The translations under genes and the position numbers were made by a program. Source: Hyaloraphidium curvatum SAG 235-1 (Eukaryota > Fungi > Monoblepharomycota). From it: 64,000 nucleotides of DNA. Positions 32,666-42,992 of this stretch are shown in pieces; the stretch's first letter is position 1; the number at the start of each line of letters is the position of its first letter. Below the pieces are notes generated by a model. It did not search any database. It was not told where the DNA came from and worked only from the letters and a program-made list of their open reading frames with translations. Location: assembly GCA_025558095.1 (NCBI GenBank), contig JAIVFI010000020.1:1-64000 (forward strand), in the 5' to 3' direction.

Positions 32666-33974
32666 CTAAGCCTGCAGCCCGAGCCTCTTTGCCGCCGCAT
32701 CCGCCCCCTCCCGCATCGCCTTGAGCTTGGCAAACACCACGCCCGGCACCACGGGCGAAATCCCCGCCACCGTCTCGAACCCGCAGTCCGTCGCCGCCAT
32801 CACCGCCCGCGGGTCGCCCAGCGCCGTCGCCACCCTCTCCAGCGAATCCGCCACCGTCTCGGGGTGCTCGATGTAGCTCGTCGTCGTGTCGATGCACCCC
32901 ACGGCGAGCTTGGTGCCCGGCGCGGGGCGCTGCGACTCGAAAAGGCGCCACTCGTGCGCGTGCCGCGGGTTGGCGAGGGAGAGGAGCACGGTGCCGGCGC
33001 CGAGGCGCGAGATCTCGGGCCAGATGTCGGCGAGGGGGATGTCGAGGTCGTGCGGGCCGTTGTCTGCGCGTGGAGGGTGAGGAACGCATCCGTGGCGGCG
33101 ATGGGCGGCCGGCGTGGACCCACAGTTGCCGTAGCAGACATGGAGGCGGACGCGGTCGCGCGGGATGTGGCCGAGGGCGCGATCGATGGCCGAGATGACG
33201 ATGCGGATGAAGCCGAGGAACTCCGCGGTCGGACGGCCGTTGAACTTGATGTGGCGCTCGCCAGCAAGGTCGGGGGCGTCGATCTGGAGGAGGAAGCCGG
33301 CGTCGACGATGGCGCGCCACCTAGTGACATGCATGCGGGTAAGCAACAAAAGGATACAGCGCGCGTATGCAATCAACTCACTCCACGGAAAGGGCCTGCG
33401 CGAGGGCTTCAACGTAGGACTCGGTGTCCGGGTAGTGCTCGTTGGCCATGGCCGCCGCGAGCATGCCGGGAGACGGCGAGCTCATAAAGACGTCCTTGAA
33501 CACGGGCTTGCCCTCGTCCTTGCGCTTCTGCAGGATCCCCTTGAGGCGGGCGATTTCGGCATTGATCGCGCTCTGGTCCTTGTACTTCAGCGGCCCCGAG
33601 ACGACTGGCGGGGCCATGATGGTGCTCGTCGTCTTCTGGGTCTTTACCATGGCCATCAACCTCTGCAGGTGGTCGGGATATTTGAGCATGTCCCCGAACA
33701 TCCTCGGGGGGCTCGGTTTCCCCGCGGAGAACCCGTCCATGCGCCCGACGACGTAGGTGACGAAATCCTCCCTCCCTTGCTCTCCGTCGTTGCCGATGTC
33801 GACGCCGGCCTCGATCTGCCGGTCCACGACGGATTCGACGGCGCGCACGACGGCGGCCTCGAAATCCGCGGGAGACACGGCGTCGCCCGCGGTGCGCGCC
33901 GCAAACAAATCCACGAGCTCCTGCGGGCGGGGCAGGGAGCCGGCGTGCGTGGTCAGGATGCCGCCGGCCGACAT
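32666..33974 (-). CDS. Cobalamin-independent methionine synthase II-like (MetE core domain only), 3 exons
   Basis: Motifs ILTTHAGSLPRP, DIGNDGEQGR, LQIDAPDL, RLHVCYGN, ANPRHAHEW, IEHPE, TDCGF. Introns at about 33323-33380 and 33064-33122. Confidence 0.9.
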
Positions 33975-34440
33975 GGCTCTCCGAGCGTTCCTTTTGGCAC
34001 AGGGGTGGGTGGGATGCGTCGGAGCAGGCAGGCCGGCTCGGCGTCCGACGCCAAGAACCCGATCGGGTCTAGGCCAACGACTTCGGACCGAAGTCGAGAT
34101 TTTTGTCCCGAGGCCTTCGGCCCGAAAGTGGGTGAGCCCCGAAGCTCGGCCCGAGGGCGGGGCGGAAGATCCCTTTTGATTCGCCACTCGTTGCGACAAC
34201 CTTCGTTCGCTGCTTGCTCCTCTCGTCATCCAGGAGGAGACGCAGAATCCGTTAGAGGATAGTGTAAGCCTCATTTGAATTGATTGGTTTTCTCTGGCGC
34301 TTGGATGCGGAAGTTTCTGTGCCTGCGATGATTTCGGTGCGGGCGGCAAGCACCTGTCCCTTGCTCGGCGTCTGTCTCCCACCAAACTCAACTGCAAACC
34401 CGCACGTCCCCTGAGATCATTCGGGCATCTGCGACCGACA

Positions 34441-36530
34441 ATGAAGCTCGTCACCTACGTCGACGAGGCGTCCGCCGCCCCGCGACTCGGCGCCCTGTCG
34501 CGCGACGAGGCCGACGTCGTCGACCTGCAGCGCGCGGCCGAGTCCGTCCGCGGCAAGCCCGACCCGCGCTTCGCCGACATGATCGCCTTCCTTGAGGGCG
34601 GCGGGGCGGCGCGCTCCGAGGCCGCGGAGCTGCTTGAGAAGGCGGGCGACGCGTGCAAGGTCCCGGCCAAGGACGCCAAATTGCTCGCGCCCCTCCGGCC
34701 GCGCACGATGAGGGACACGGCGTGCTACGAGGGCCATCTCGTCAACTCGATCAAGTCGGGCATCATCATGCGGGGTGAGCAGCCCCCGGAGACCGTGAAG
34801 CTCCCCAAGGTGCGAACACCGACGCCTCTTCCGAAACCACGTCGCTGACTGCCGGCCAGATCTGGTACGAGCTGCCGCTCTTCTACAAGTCCAACCTCAA
34901 CTCGATCGTCGGCCCCGACGACGATGTCGCCTTCCCCGAGGGCGAGCGCTTCAAGGACTACGAGCTCGAGCTCGCCGTCGTCATCGGCAAGCAGGGCAAG
35001 AACATCCGCGCCAAAGACGCCATGTCGCACGTCGGCGGCTACACCATCTTCAACGACTTTTCCGCGCGCATGACGCAGCTCCGCGAGATGCCCTCCGAGT
35101 TCCACGTCGGCCCGGGGATCTCCAAGGACTTTGCCAACGGGCTCGGGCCGTGCCTCGTGACCCCCGACGCGTTCGATCCGGCGACCGCGGCGGCGGTCGT
35201 GAGGGTCAACGGCGAGGAGCGCAGCCGCGGCACCACGGGCGGCGCCTACCACACCATCGACCGCGTCATCGAGTACGTCTCTAACAACACGATGCTCTAC
35301 CCCGGCGACGTGATCGCCATGGGAACCATCGAGAACGGCGCGGGGCTGGAGCTGATGCGCCCGCTGGCCATCGGCGACACCGTGGAGCTCGAGGTCGAGG
35401 GTATCGGCGCGCTGCGCAACCGCATCGTCCCGCCCGAGGTGGCCAAGCTCACGAACCGGTTCGGCGTCTACAAGCGTTATGTGGTCGCCACCAAGGACGG
35501 CAAGTCGGACGTGGTGATCGACGACTACGCCGACGTCACCCGGTCCAAGTACGGCGACCTCTGGAAGGCCACCGAGATGCCCGCGCGCAAGTCGGCCACC
35601 GTCGAGGTCGACCAGGGCAACGAGCCCTTCGAGCACGAGGCTCCGCACGGCGGCTCCACCTTCCGCTACATCGAGATCAACCCCGACATGAAGAACCTCC
35701 CCGCGATGGCGGCCCTGCCCCCCGCGCGCAAGAAGTTCTTCCTCGACGTGATACAGGATCTGCACCGCGAGATCGGGACGCACTACATCCCGACGGAGGA
35801 GGACGTCGCGAAGCACCTGAGCGTGCACAAGACCGACTCGCTCAACCTGTTCGTGTGCCTGGGCGGGCTGGTCATCTCGATGAACGACGACGACGACATC
35901 GAGCTCAAGCCCGGGGACGCGTTCGTGCAGGTCGGGAGCATGCACGGGTGGAGCTTCAAGGGGGATCCGCCGTGCTACGTCGGCGGGCTCCTGGTGGACG
36001 GCGACCCCGCGACGCTGCTTCAGCTCGACGCCCCTCCCGTCGCCAAGCTCACCTCCAGCCTCAAGCGGTTCAAGCGCTACGTCTCGGCGACCCTCAAGAA
36101 CCCGAGCAAGGCCATCGGCCGCTCGCGCGTCGTGCTGGACGACTTTGCCCCGAACGAGGCCGAGCTCCGCGACGCATCGGGCAAGCACGTCGGCTGGGCC
36201 GGCGACATCTGGCGCACGCTGGGCCCGCAGGCCGACATGTCGTGCCGCGTGGACCCCGTGGACGGGCCGATGGCGGATGCGCCGCCCAGGGGGGGGATCA
36301 ACTACAGAATGGTCGAGCTGCTGCCGGGGGGGACGCTAGAGACCAACCCCGAGGCGGTCAACTACTGGTCGGTGATCAGGGGGGAGCTGACGGCGCGGAC
36401 GGACGGGAAGGCGGCGGTGCTCAAGGCACAGGAGCACCTGGTGCAGCTGCGGTCCAAGGTGCGGCTGGAGAACGCGGGCAAGGAGAACGTGCTTTTCGCG
36501 CACTTCATGCTGGATGCGGCGGCTCCGTAG
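34441..36530 (+). CDS. Fumarylacetoacetate hydrolase family protein fused to two cupin-like domains, 2 exons
   Basis: FAH motifs DYELELAVVIGK, GYTIFNDFSAR, SKDF, LYPGDVIAMGT. Cupin motifs HKTDS...LKPGDAFVQVGSMHGW, followed by a second degenerate copy. Intron 34810-34859. Confidence 0.9.
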
Positions 36531-36598
36531 AGAGGACAGCGCACGGGCAAAAGAGAGAAGCAAACTCTAATCGATCTTGTCGCCCCAATCGTCAAACG

Positions 36599-37971
36599 TC
36601 AATCAGAGACTATGAGCACAGGCATCGATGGTGCCCACGGCGCTGTTTCGCCGGCAGCTACCAGTCCGCCCGAGGGCAAGTCCTCCGGATCCCTCGCGTA
36701 CGGCTCCCACGACACCTTGTCGGCCCCCAAGAGCCGTTCCCACAAGTGCGACTCTTCTCGCACAGCGTCCCTGACCGTCCGCGGGTCCCATGGCCTGCTG
36801 CGTCCGATCACGCAATCGGAGACAGAAAGCCACTTCCGAGCGAGCAGCGCTGCACATTCGCGTTCAAACGCGGCTCTCGAAAGGGCTGGCATGCCAGACA
36901 CCTCGACGGAATGCAGAGCCAGGCTCTGCGCACCCGATGGCCATCCTAAGAGCAGGTGCGTCGAGTCGAGGCCAGAGATCTTGAGCGACACCCCGGCCAG
37001 GTCGAGTGCCAGAACGGCCGTGTAGGTTTCGGGCGTGACGAGTGGATCGCTATGGCCCGCCCAGAGGTAGACGTCTCGCGGCCTGAATGTTGGTTCATGC
37101 CAGAGCTGGAGAATGCTGCCGAATGATCCTTGGAACGACCGGATCCGGGAAAGAATGCGCAACTGCGGATGCCGCACTGCACCCACGGCTTCGACCGGCC
37201 CAGACTCGATAAATGGCACAACCTCAAAGATGAAATCTTCGTCATCGATTCGTCCAGGCATTGCAAAGTCCACAGTCCTGAGGTTCGGCGCTGCGGCATC
37301 CACGGCCTCGAGCAGGCGCCAATCGATGCCTGACAACGAGAACAGCTTGAGGTGTTCCAGGCACGGCATCGTCGGAAACGATTCCAAATCAAGGAACCGC
37401 GACGTGAGGTCCAAACTCCGGAGTTTGTCGAACCGCCCCAAACGCAGCATCGCGAGCTCCCATTCGGTATGCAACTTGGCGGTCAGAAAACGCAGGCTGC
37501 CGGATAGCAGCACCATCGCCCGGAGTTGCACATCAAGTAGCTTGTTGGCGGATTGACCCCAGGGATGCGTCAAATAGTCGCGCGTGAGGTCCAGCGTCCG
37601 AACGTGCTCGCGGAGCGCAGTGCGCTCCAGGTGGTCCAACGCACGATCGGCTTGCCGCAGCCCCACGAGCTGAATTTGGTCAATCAGGCTGGCGTACTCC
37701 TCCCAGGTCAACATGACAGGGGCGGAAGAGCGCATGACCTTCCGAACGAAGGGCCTACAGAGAACGACGCGACAAAGACCGGAAGGAGCAGCTCCGCGGC
37801 GGCCCGTGACGCCAGCGCCATGTTCAGCAGGCCGCGCGACCGCGGTTTTAAGCATTTCGCGATCTCGACGAGGATTTCGTTGGGCACGCGCGGCGAGACG
37901 CTCGTGGCGGCAGACTCGTCGACCGCGGGCGTCGCGGCCGGTCCTTCGACACCTGCAGCGCTCCTTGCCAT
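36599..37971 (-). pseudogene. F-box plus LRR-like protein, frameshifted near 37760
   Basis: The F-box RVPNEILVEIAKCL...LLNMALASR is in one frame. HVRTLDL, LRSLDL, LEHLKL and APNLRTVDF repeats are in another. Confidence 0.7.
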
Positions 37972-38347
37972 CGCCCCGAACGAGTACGATCACAAAGATA
38001 TTGCTCCCGCCCGCTAGAGCAGGGCTGGGCCTCGTATCGGGGCGAGTTGGGGCGCGGTCCAGGTGCACCGACCGATGACTGGACATGCGACATGACACGC
38101 GACACCGACGCGGTATTGACAATGGGCCGCGAAATCACCTTGCAAAGCCATGGATCGTGAACCAGAAGAAGAGCTTTGGCATCCTCGTTGTACATCGACA
38201 CTCTCTTTATATATCGTTATCGAGCTTGATCTGGTCGTCGATATACGGCACGGGAAGACGCGACCCGCGTCCCAAATTCCGACCCTCCGAATCGCGCCCA
38301 ACAGACTGGCCCTCCCCACCCAGCTCCTCCGCCGCCTCTTCCGCGCC

Positions 38348-39240
38348 ATGCCACCCCCCATCAAGGCCGTCCTCGTCGACCTCTCCGGGTACGCGTTCCG
38401 CCCCGCACCCCCACCTCCACCTCCTAAACGACGCTTGCAGCACCCTCCACGTCGAGCACGACCCCACCCGCGACGCCATCGCCGCGCTCTCCCGCCTCCG
38501 CACGCGATGCGCTGTGCGGTTCGTCAGCAACACGTCCAAGGAGAGCTCGGGGTTCCTGCTGATGCGGCTGCACGCGATGGGGTTCGAGCTGGCGAGGGAG
38601 GAGCTGTTCACGAGCCTCGTGGCGACGCGGAGGGAGGTGGAGAGGAGGGGGGTGCGGCCCATGCTGTTGCTGGAACCGGAGGCGCTGGAGGACTTCGTGG
38701 GGATCGAGACGGACGCGCCCAACGCCGTCGTGGTGGGACTGGCCCCGAAATCGTTCCACTACGAGCGGCTATCCGAGGCCATGCGGGTGTTGCTGGACTC
38801 GGGGGGACCGATCATCGCGATACACAAGGGGAGGTACCTGGCGAGGAAGGACGGGCTGGCGATGGGGCCGGGGCCGTTTGTTCACGCGCTCGAGTGGGTC
38901 CCGCGTGCCCGTCGGGGCCACGTGGACGGGAAGCTGACTGCTCGTTCCCCTCGCGGCAAGGTACGCGACGGACCGCGAGGCCACGGTCGTCGGCAAGCCC
39001 TCCCCCGAGTTCTTCGCCTCGGTCCTGGCGGACCTCGGCGCGGCGCCCGAGGAGTGCGCGATGATCGGCGACGACGTGCGGGACGACGTCGGCGGCGCGA
39101 TGGCGGCGGGAATGAGGGGGATCCTGGTGCGCACGGGCAAGTACCGCGCTGGGGACGAGGCCGCGCACGGGGTGAACCCGACGGTGGTGGTGGCGGACTT
39201 TGCCGAGGCGGTGGATCTGATACTCGAGGGCAGGGTGTGA
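38348..39240 (+). CDS. HDHD2: HAD-superfamily IIA hydrolase (HDHD2/LHPP-like), 3 exons
   Basis: Motifs IKAVLVDLSG|TLH, RFVSNTSKES, PNAVVVGLAP, IAIHKGRY, GPGPFV, VGKP, MIGDDVRDDVGGA, GILVRTGKYR. Confidence 0.92.
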
Positions 39241-39336
39241 CGGAATGTCGTGTTGGCCAGCTACCGCAAGCGAGCTGTCGTTTCAGAGTATCCACAGGGA
39301 TGAGAGGTATCCTTCGCTGACTCTCCCTGGAGCAGC

Positions 39337-39759
39337 TCATGCCGGCTCCGCTGCCGGTTGCCGCCTTGCGAGCCCGGCCTCGGCCGCCAGCCTCAAGTCC
39401 TCCGGCGTGCCCACCGGCAAGTCGACAATTGTCCTGGGGTCGGCGGCCAGCGCCTCCACAACGTGCTTCCACTTCCCGCCCACTGCCAGCCTCAACGGGG
39501 TCTGCCCATCCGGAGCCCGCGCGTTCGGGTCCGCCCTCCCGTCCTCCAGCAGCCTCCCGACCACCCTGTCGTGCCCGAAGAAGCACGCGCTCATCAGCGC
39601 CGTCCAGCCCTCGCGGTCGCGCGCGTCGGGGTCCACGTCGGTCCGCAGCAGGAGGGTGCGGAGGAGCGCGAGGTCGCCGCGGCGGCTCGCGTCGCGGAGG
39701 TCGCGCTCGGCGTCCTCGCGCGGAGGGATGGAATCCACAGGGCGTGTTGCGGGGCTCAT
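39337..39759 (-). CDS. Small ankyrin-repeat protein
   Basis: Motifs ASRRGDLALLRTLL, DPDARDREGWTALMSACFFGH, DPNARAPDGQTPLRLA. Confidence 0.85.
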   Translation of the reverse strand: MSPATRPVDSIPPREDAERDLRDASRRGDLALLRTLLLRTDVDPDARDREGWTALMSACFFGHDRVVGRLLEDGRADPNARAPDGQTPLRLAVGGKWKHVVEALAADPRTIVDLPVGTPEDLRLAAEAGLARRQPAAEPA

Positions 39760-39843
39760 CGGTCCACAGGAAGCGGCAATCGCGCCCAGGGCAGTCCCCG
39801 GGATCGAGTAAACAAGTCAACGACGGAAAGCCCTTGCCGTCCA

Positions 39844-41055
39844 ATGGCTTCCCCACCTGACCTCGAATCGGGCCCGGCCGAGGCCCCGCCGCCCGTCCCG
39901 CGGCTGCCGATCGACGTTTACCTCCTCGTGCTGCCGTACCTGCCGCTGTCGGCGCTGCTCGTGCTGAAGGATGCGTCGCGGGAGCTCTCCGACGCGTGCC
40001 GCCCCGTCGCGCTCGAGACGATGCTGCTGATGGGCGACGGGCCGTGCGGCTGGCGGGAGCTGGTCAAGCGGAGGACGGAGGCGGAGGGCAAGGCGGGCAG
40101 CGGGGCGGCGGACCCGCCGGGGGGCGCCGAGGCCAACCCCCAGGAGCCTCCACCCGACGCGCCCCTCGCAGTGCCCCTCCCGCCCGAAATCTCCCTCGCC
40201 CGCCTCTTTCTATATTCGCTCGCTCGCCGCCCCATGCCGCCCGCCACGCAGCCCGCCGTGCACCCCTCCCTCACCCTCCCCTCGCGGCTGCTCCCCGTCC
40301 CGCCCTCGGACCTCGTCGCCCTGCACTCGTTCGCCGCGGACTTTCTCCTCCACGCCCTGGGCCCGCCGCCGGAACGGTACACCACCGTGCTTTCCGAATG
40401 GCTGCTGTACGATCCCGACGCCGACCCGCGGGAGCAGGAGGACGCGTTCAGGAAGGAATGCGGGCGCGCGGGCAAGGGCCGCCGGCGGGCGTGGGAAGAG
40501 TACGAAACCCGGCGGGAGCGCGCGACGCGGGAACTGAGGGCGGCGTGCGCGGGGATGTGGGCGGTGATGGGGCGGCAGTTTCCCTTCACGCACGCCGAGA
40601 ACGCGGCGCGCAAGGCCCGCCGCGCGCTCTCGTTCCCCCCGCCACCGCAGCCGGCCAACCCGAACCCGATCACGAAGCTGCCGAGCATCCACGCCAACCG
40701 CGACGGTTCCCCCCGGATCGAGGACGACGACCCGTCCGAGTTCTGGGACCCGGACCACAACCGCCCGCGCAACCCCAAGTACGCCACCGTCCCGCGCGCG
40801 CCGGTGCGCAAGTTCTCGGACGACCCGGAGCTGGTGCCCAAGTGGCGGCGCACGCCGCGGACCGAGGAGCTGATCAGGAAGCTGGAGCTCGGGGAGGCGG
40901 GGGCGTCGAGCAGGAAGGACAGGAAGGACAAGGGGGACGGGCTGGTCAAGGCGCACAGGAGGCCGCCGCCGCCCCAGCAGGGAAAGGGGGGCCAGAGGGG
41001 GGAGAGGGCAGAGGGGGAGGCGGCGGGGGACGGGAGCGGGAGGCCGCCGAGGTGA
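39844..41055 (+). CDS. F-box protein (N-terminal F-box)
   Basis: PRLPIDVYLLVLPYLPLSALLVLKDASRELSDAC. ATG at 39844. Confidence 0.7.
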   Translation: MASPPDLESGPAEAPPPVPRLPIDVYLLVLPYLPLSALLVLKDASRELSDACRPVALETMLLMGDGPCGWRELVKRRTEAEGKAGSGAADPPGGAEANPQEPPPDAPLAVPLPPEISLARLFLYSLARRPMPPATQPAVHPSLTLPSRLLPVPPSDLVALHSFAADFLLHALGPPPERYTTVLSEWLLYDPDADPREQEDAFRKECGRAGKGRRRAWEEYETRRERATRELRAACAGMWAVMGRQFPFTHAENAARKARRALSFPPPPQPANPNPITKLPSIHANRDGSPRIEDDDPSEFWDPDHNRPRNPKYATVPRAPVRKFSDDPELVPKWRRTPRTEELIRKLELGEAGASSRKDRKDKGDGLVKAHRRPPPPQQGKGGQRGERAEGEAAGDGSGRPPR

Positions 41056-41068
41056 TGGCCGAGCGGAT

Positions 41069-42727
41069 GTGAGCCTACACGGAGCCAAACATCGAATCTT
41101 CCTCCACCCCTTCTTGCTCATCGTGCTGCACAATGCAACCGGTGCTTTCGGTCCCGCCGGCCGCGGTTCCGTGCCCTCGTCCGCACCGTGGTCGATGATC
41201 GGCAGCGCACCGCTTCCCAAGCCTCGTCTGGCGCCACTGCTTCGTGGGATCGTCTCTTTCGGCTCTGAACTGCACGGCAGCGTCCTACGTATACCGGCAA
41301 AGAATCCTGTTAACAACGAAGGCTCTATGCTGGCGCTTGAGTCGGTGCTGCAGCGGCGGGTCGGTGCGAATCCGGTGATCGACTTGCTGTCCGAGATTCT
41401 GTCGCAAGGGCTGTGGGTCTTTCCCTGGATCTTTGGCCGGGAGATTTTCGGCATTCGGAACCTCGCCGCCGGCCAAGTGTGCTACGTGCTGAACAGATTT
41501 GCCTGGAACATCCTCCACGTTGTTGGACTGTTTGCCAACCCGGGTGCGAGGGCCGACCGGTCCGGGACGGCATCGTGGGGGAAAGGGCGGGCCGCAAACG
41601 GGGCATCAAAAGACGGTCGGCATCAGGGCTCGCCCGTGGGCCCATCAAGGGGGGCCTCGCCGCTGTTGATGGATGCGCACAACTACGCTGGCTTGGCTCG
41701 CTACTACCAACTCGTACAGGTCTGCTCGTCGCAGGACGAAGAGGCTGGTCGCGCCTCTTCTGATGTGGCAGACGTGCGCAAGTTGCTTATTGACGAGCCC
41801 GAGGACGAGCTGTGCCCGTGCTCGGAGTGCACCTCCCACGTGGCTTATTGGAGTGAGGCCTACATGATGGCTTATCTCGCTATTAGCATGGGACTGGGCA
41901 ACTTCGCCTTCATCGTGGCAATCCTGTGGACGCCTGCCGTCACCTTGGGCCCATTCATCTGGACGACATCATGGGCAACTGCCGTGCTTACCGTCATGAT
42001 CATCCAATTGGTTCTTATAATCGAAATCATGACGTATTTTCCCGGTGGGACGCCGAATCCCGCAGTTCTCTCCCTAGAAAAGCGCCTCAAGCACCGCGCG
42101 GTTGCTCTCTGCCTCCGCCAGCTCCTAGAAAAGCTCACCACCGCCATGGACTGCGGTCACGGTGCTTCGGACTACTCTTTAGCATCGGCCGTTGACTCAG
42201 AGGCCTACATTACCCTTCACGGCCAGCTTTTGGTGGACTGGCGCACCAGTCTGGAGGCCAATCGACCCCTGCGCCTTCTCCTCGTTGGAGCCCCCTTAAC
42301 ACACTCGATCGCGGCCGTCATTTCCATCGCCGTGGGCAACTGCGTGCCGGCCGCTCTCGTCGGCGATCTCGTGATCAACGTGTTCGTCTTCTTCGTCCTC
42401 GCTGTCAGCTACGCCGTCAAGAATCTTCAGGCCACCCGCACGGCCGCGCAGTACCGCGCCGCCGCGGAATCCCTCTCCGTCCTCGCCGCGCGGATCCCCG
42501 CGTCCCGGCAGATGCTCCGTCAGGCCGTGCTGGCTCACAGGGACCTGCTGGCCTCGTTCACTCATCTAGAAGGATCCCAGGCCGCCTTCTTCGGCGTGCC
42601 CATAACCTTTGGAACCGTCAGGGGCATGGCCGTTGCTGCCTTCTCCGTCGCGGTCGGGCTGTGGACCGTGCTGAGGGCGACCGGGGTGGGGATCACGCTG
42701 GATTTGGCGTGCCGGGCGCTGCAGTGA
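41069..42727 (+). CDS. Multi-pass membrane protein, gustatory-receptor-like/DUF3537-like; start codon uncertain
   Basis: Several hydrophobic helices. The C-terminus AAFFGVPITFGTVRGMAVAAFSVAVGLWTVLR resembles the split TM7 of GR/DUF3537 proteins. Confidence 0.6.
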   Translation: MSLHGAKHRIFLHPFLLIVLHNATGAFGPAGRGSVPSSAPWSMIGSAPLPKPRLAPLLRGIVSFGSELHGSVLRIPAKNPVNNEGSMLALESVLQRRVGANPVIDLLSEILSQGLWVFPWIFGREIFGIRNLAAGQVCYVLNRFAWNILHVVGLFANPGARADRSGTASWGKGRAANGASKDGRHQGSPVGPSRGASPLLMDAHNYAGLARYYQLVQVCSSQDEEAGRASSDVADVRKLLIDEPEDELCPCSECTSHVAYWSEAYMMAYLAISMGLGNFAFIVAILWTPAVTLGPFIWTTSWATAVLTVMIIQLVLIIEIMTYFPGGTPNPAVLSLEKRLKHRAVALCLRQLLEKLTTAMDCGHGASDYSLASAVDSEAYITLHGQLLVDWRTSLEANRPLRLLLVGAPLTHSIAAVISIAVGNCVPAALVGDLVINVFVFFVLAVSYAVKNLQATRTAAQYRAAAESLSVLAARIPASRQMLRQAVLAHRDLLASFTHLEGSQAAFFGVPITFGTVRGMAVAAFSVAVGLWTVLRATGVGITLDLACRALQ

Positions 42728-42992
42728 GGATCCTCACTCGATTCGCAATCTTCCCCTTGTTCCGAGCTGGCGTCGTTCATCTGCGTAAGCCCGTGACCGC
42801 CGCCTGCTCCGCGGCCTGCTTGCGCACCCTTCCCATCCTCGGCGTCCTCCATGTTGTCGGGGGCTTGTTTTGTACAGGAGAAAGGCACTCGATCGCGGGC
42901 AAGTACTCGTTTGCTCAACGCAGGCCATGAAGCAATGAATCATTTGGCGAAGTATCACTGTATCACGACGAGAAACTACACGGAGCCATCAT

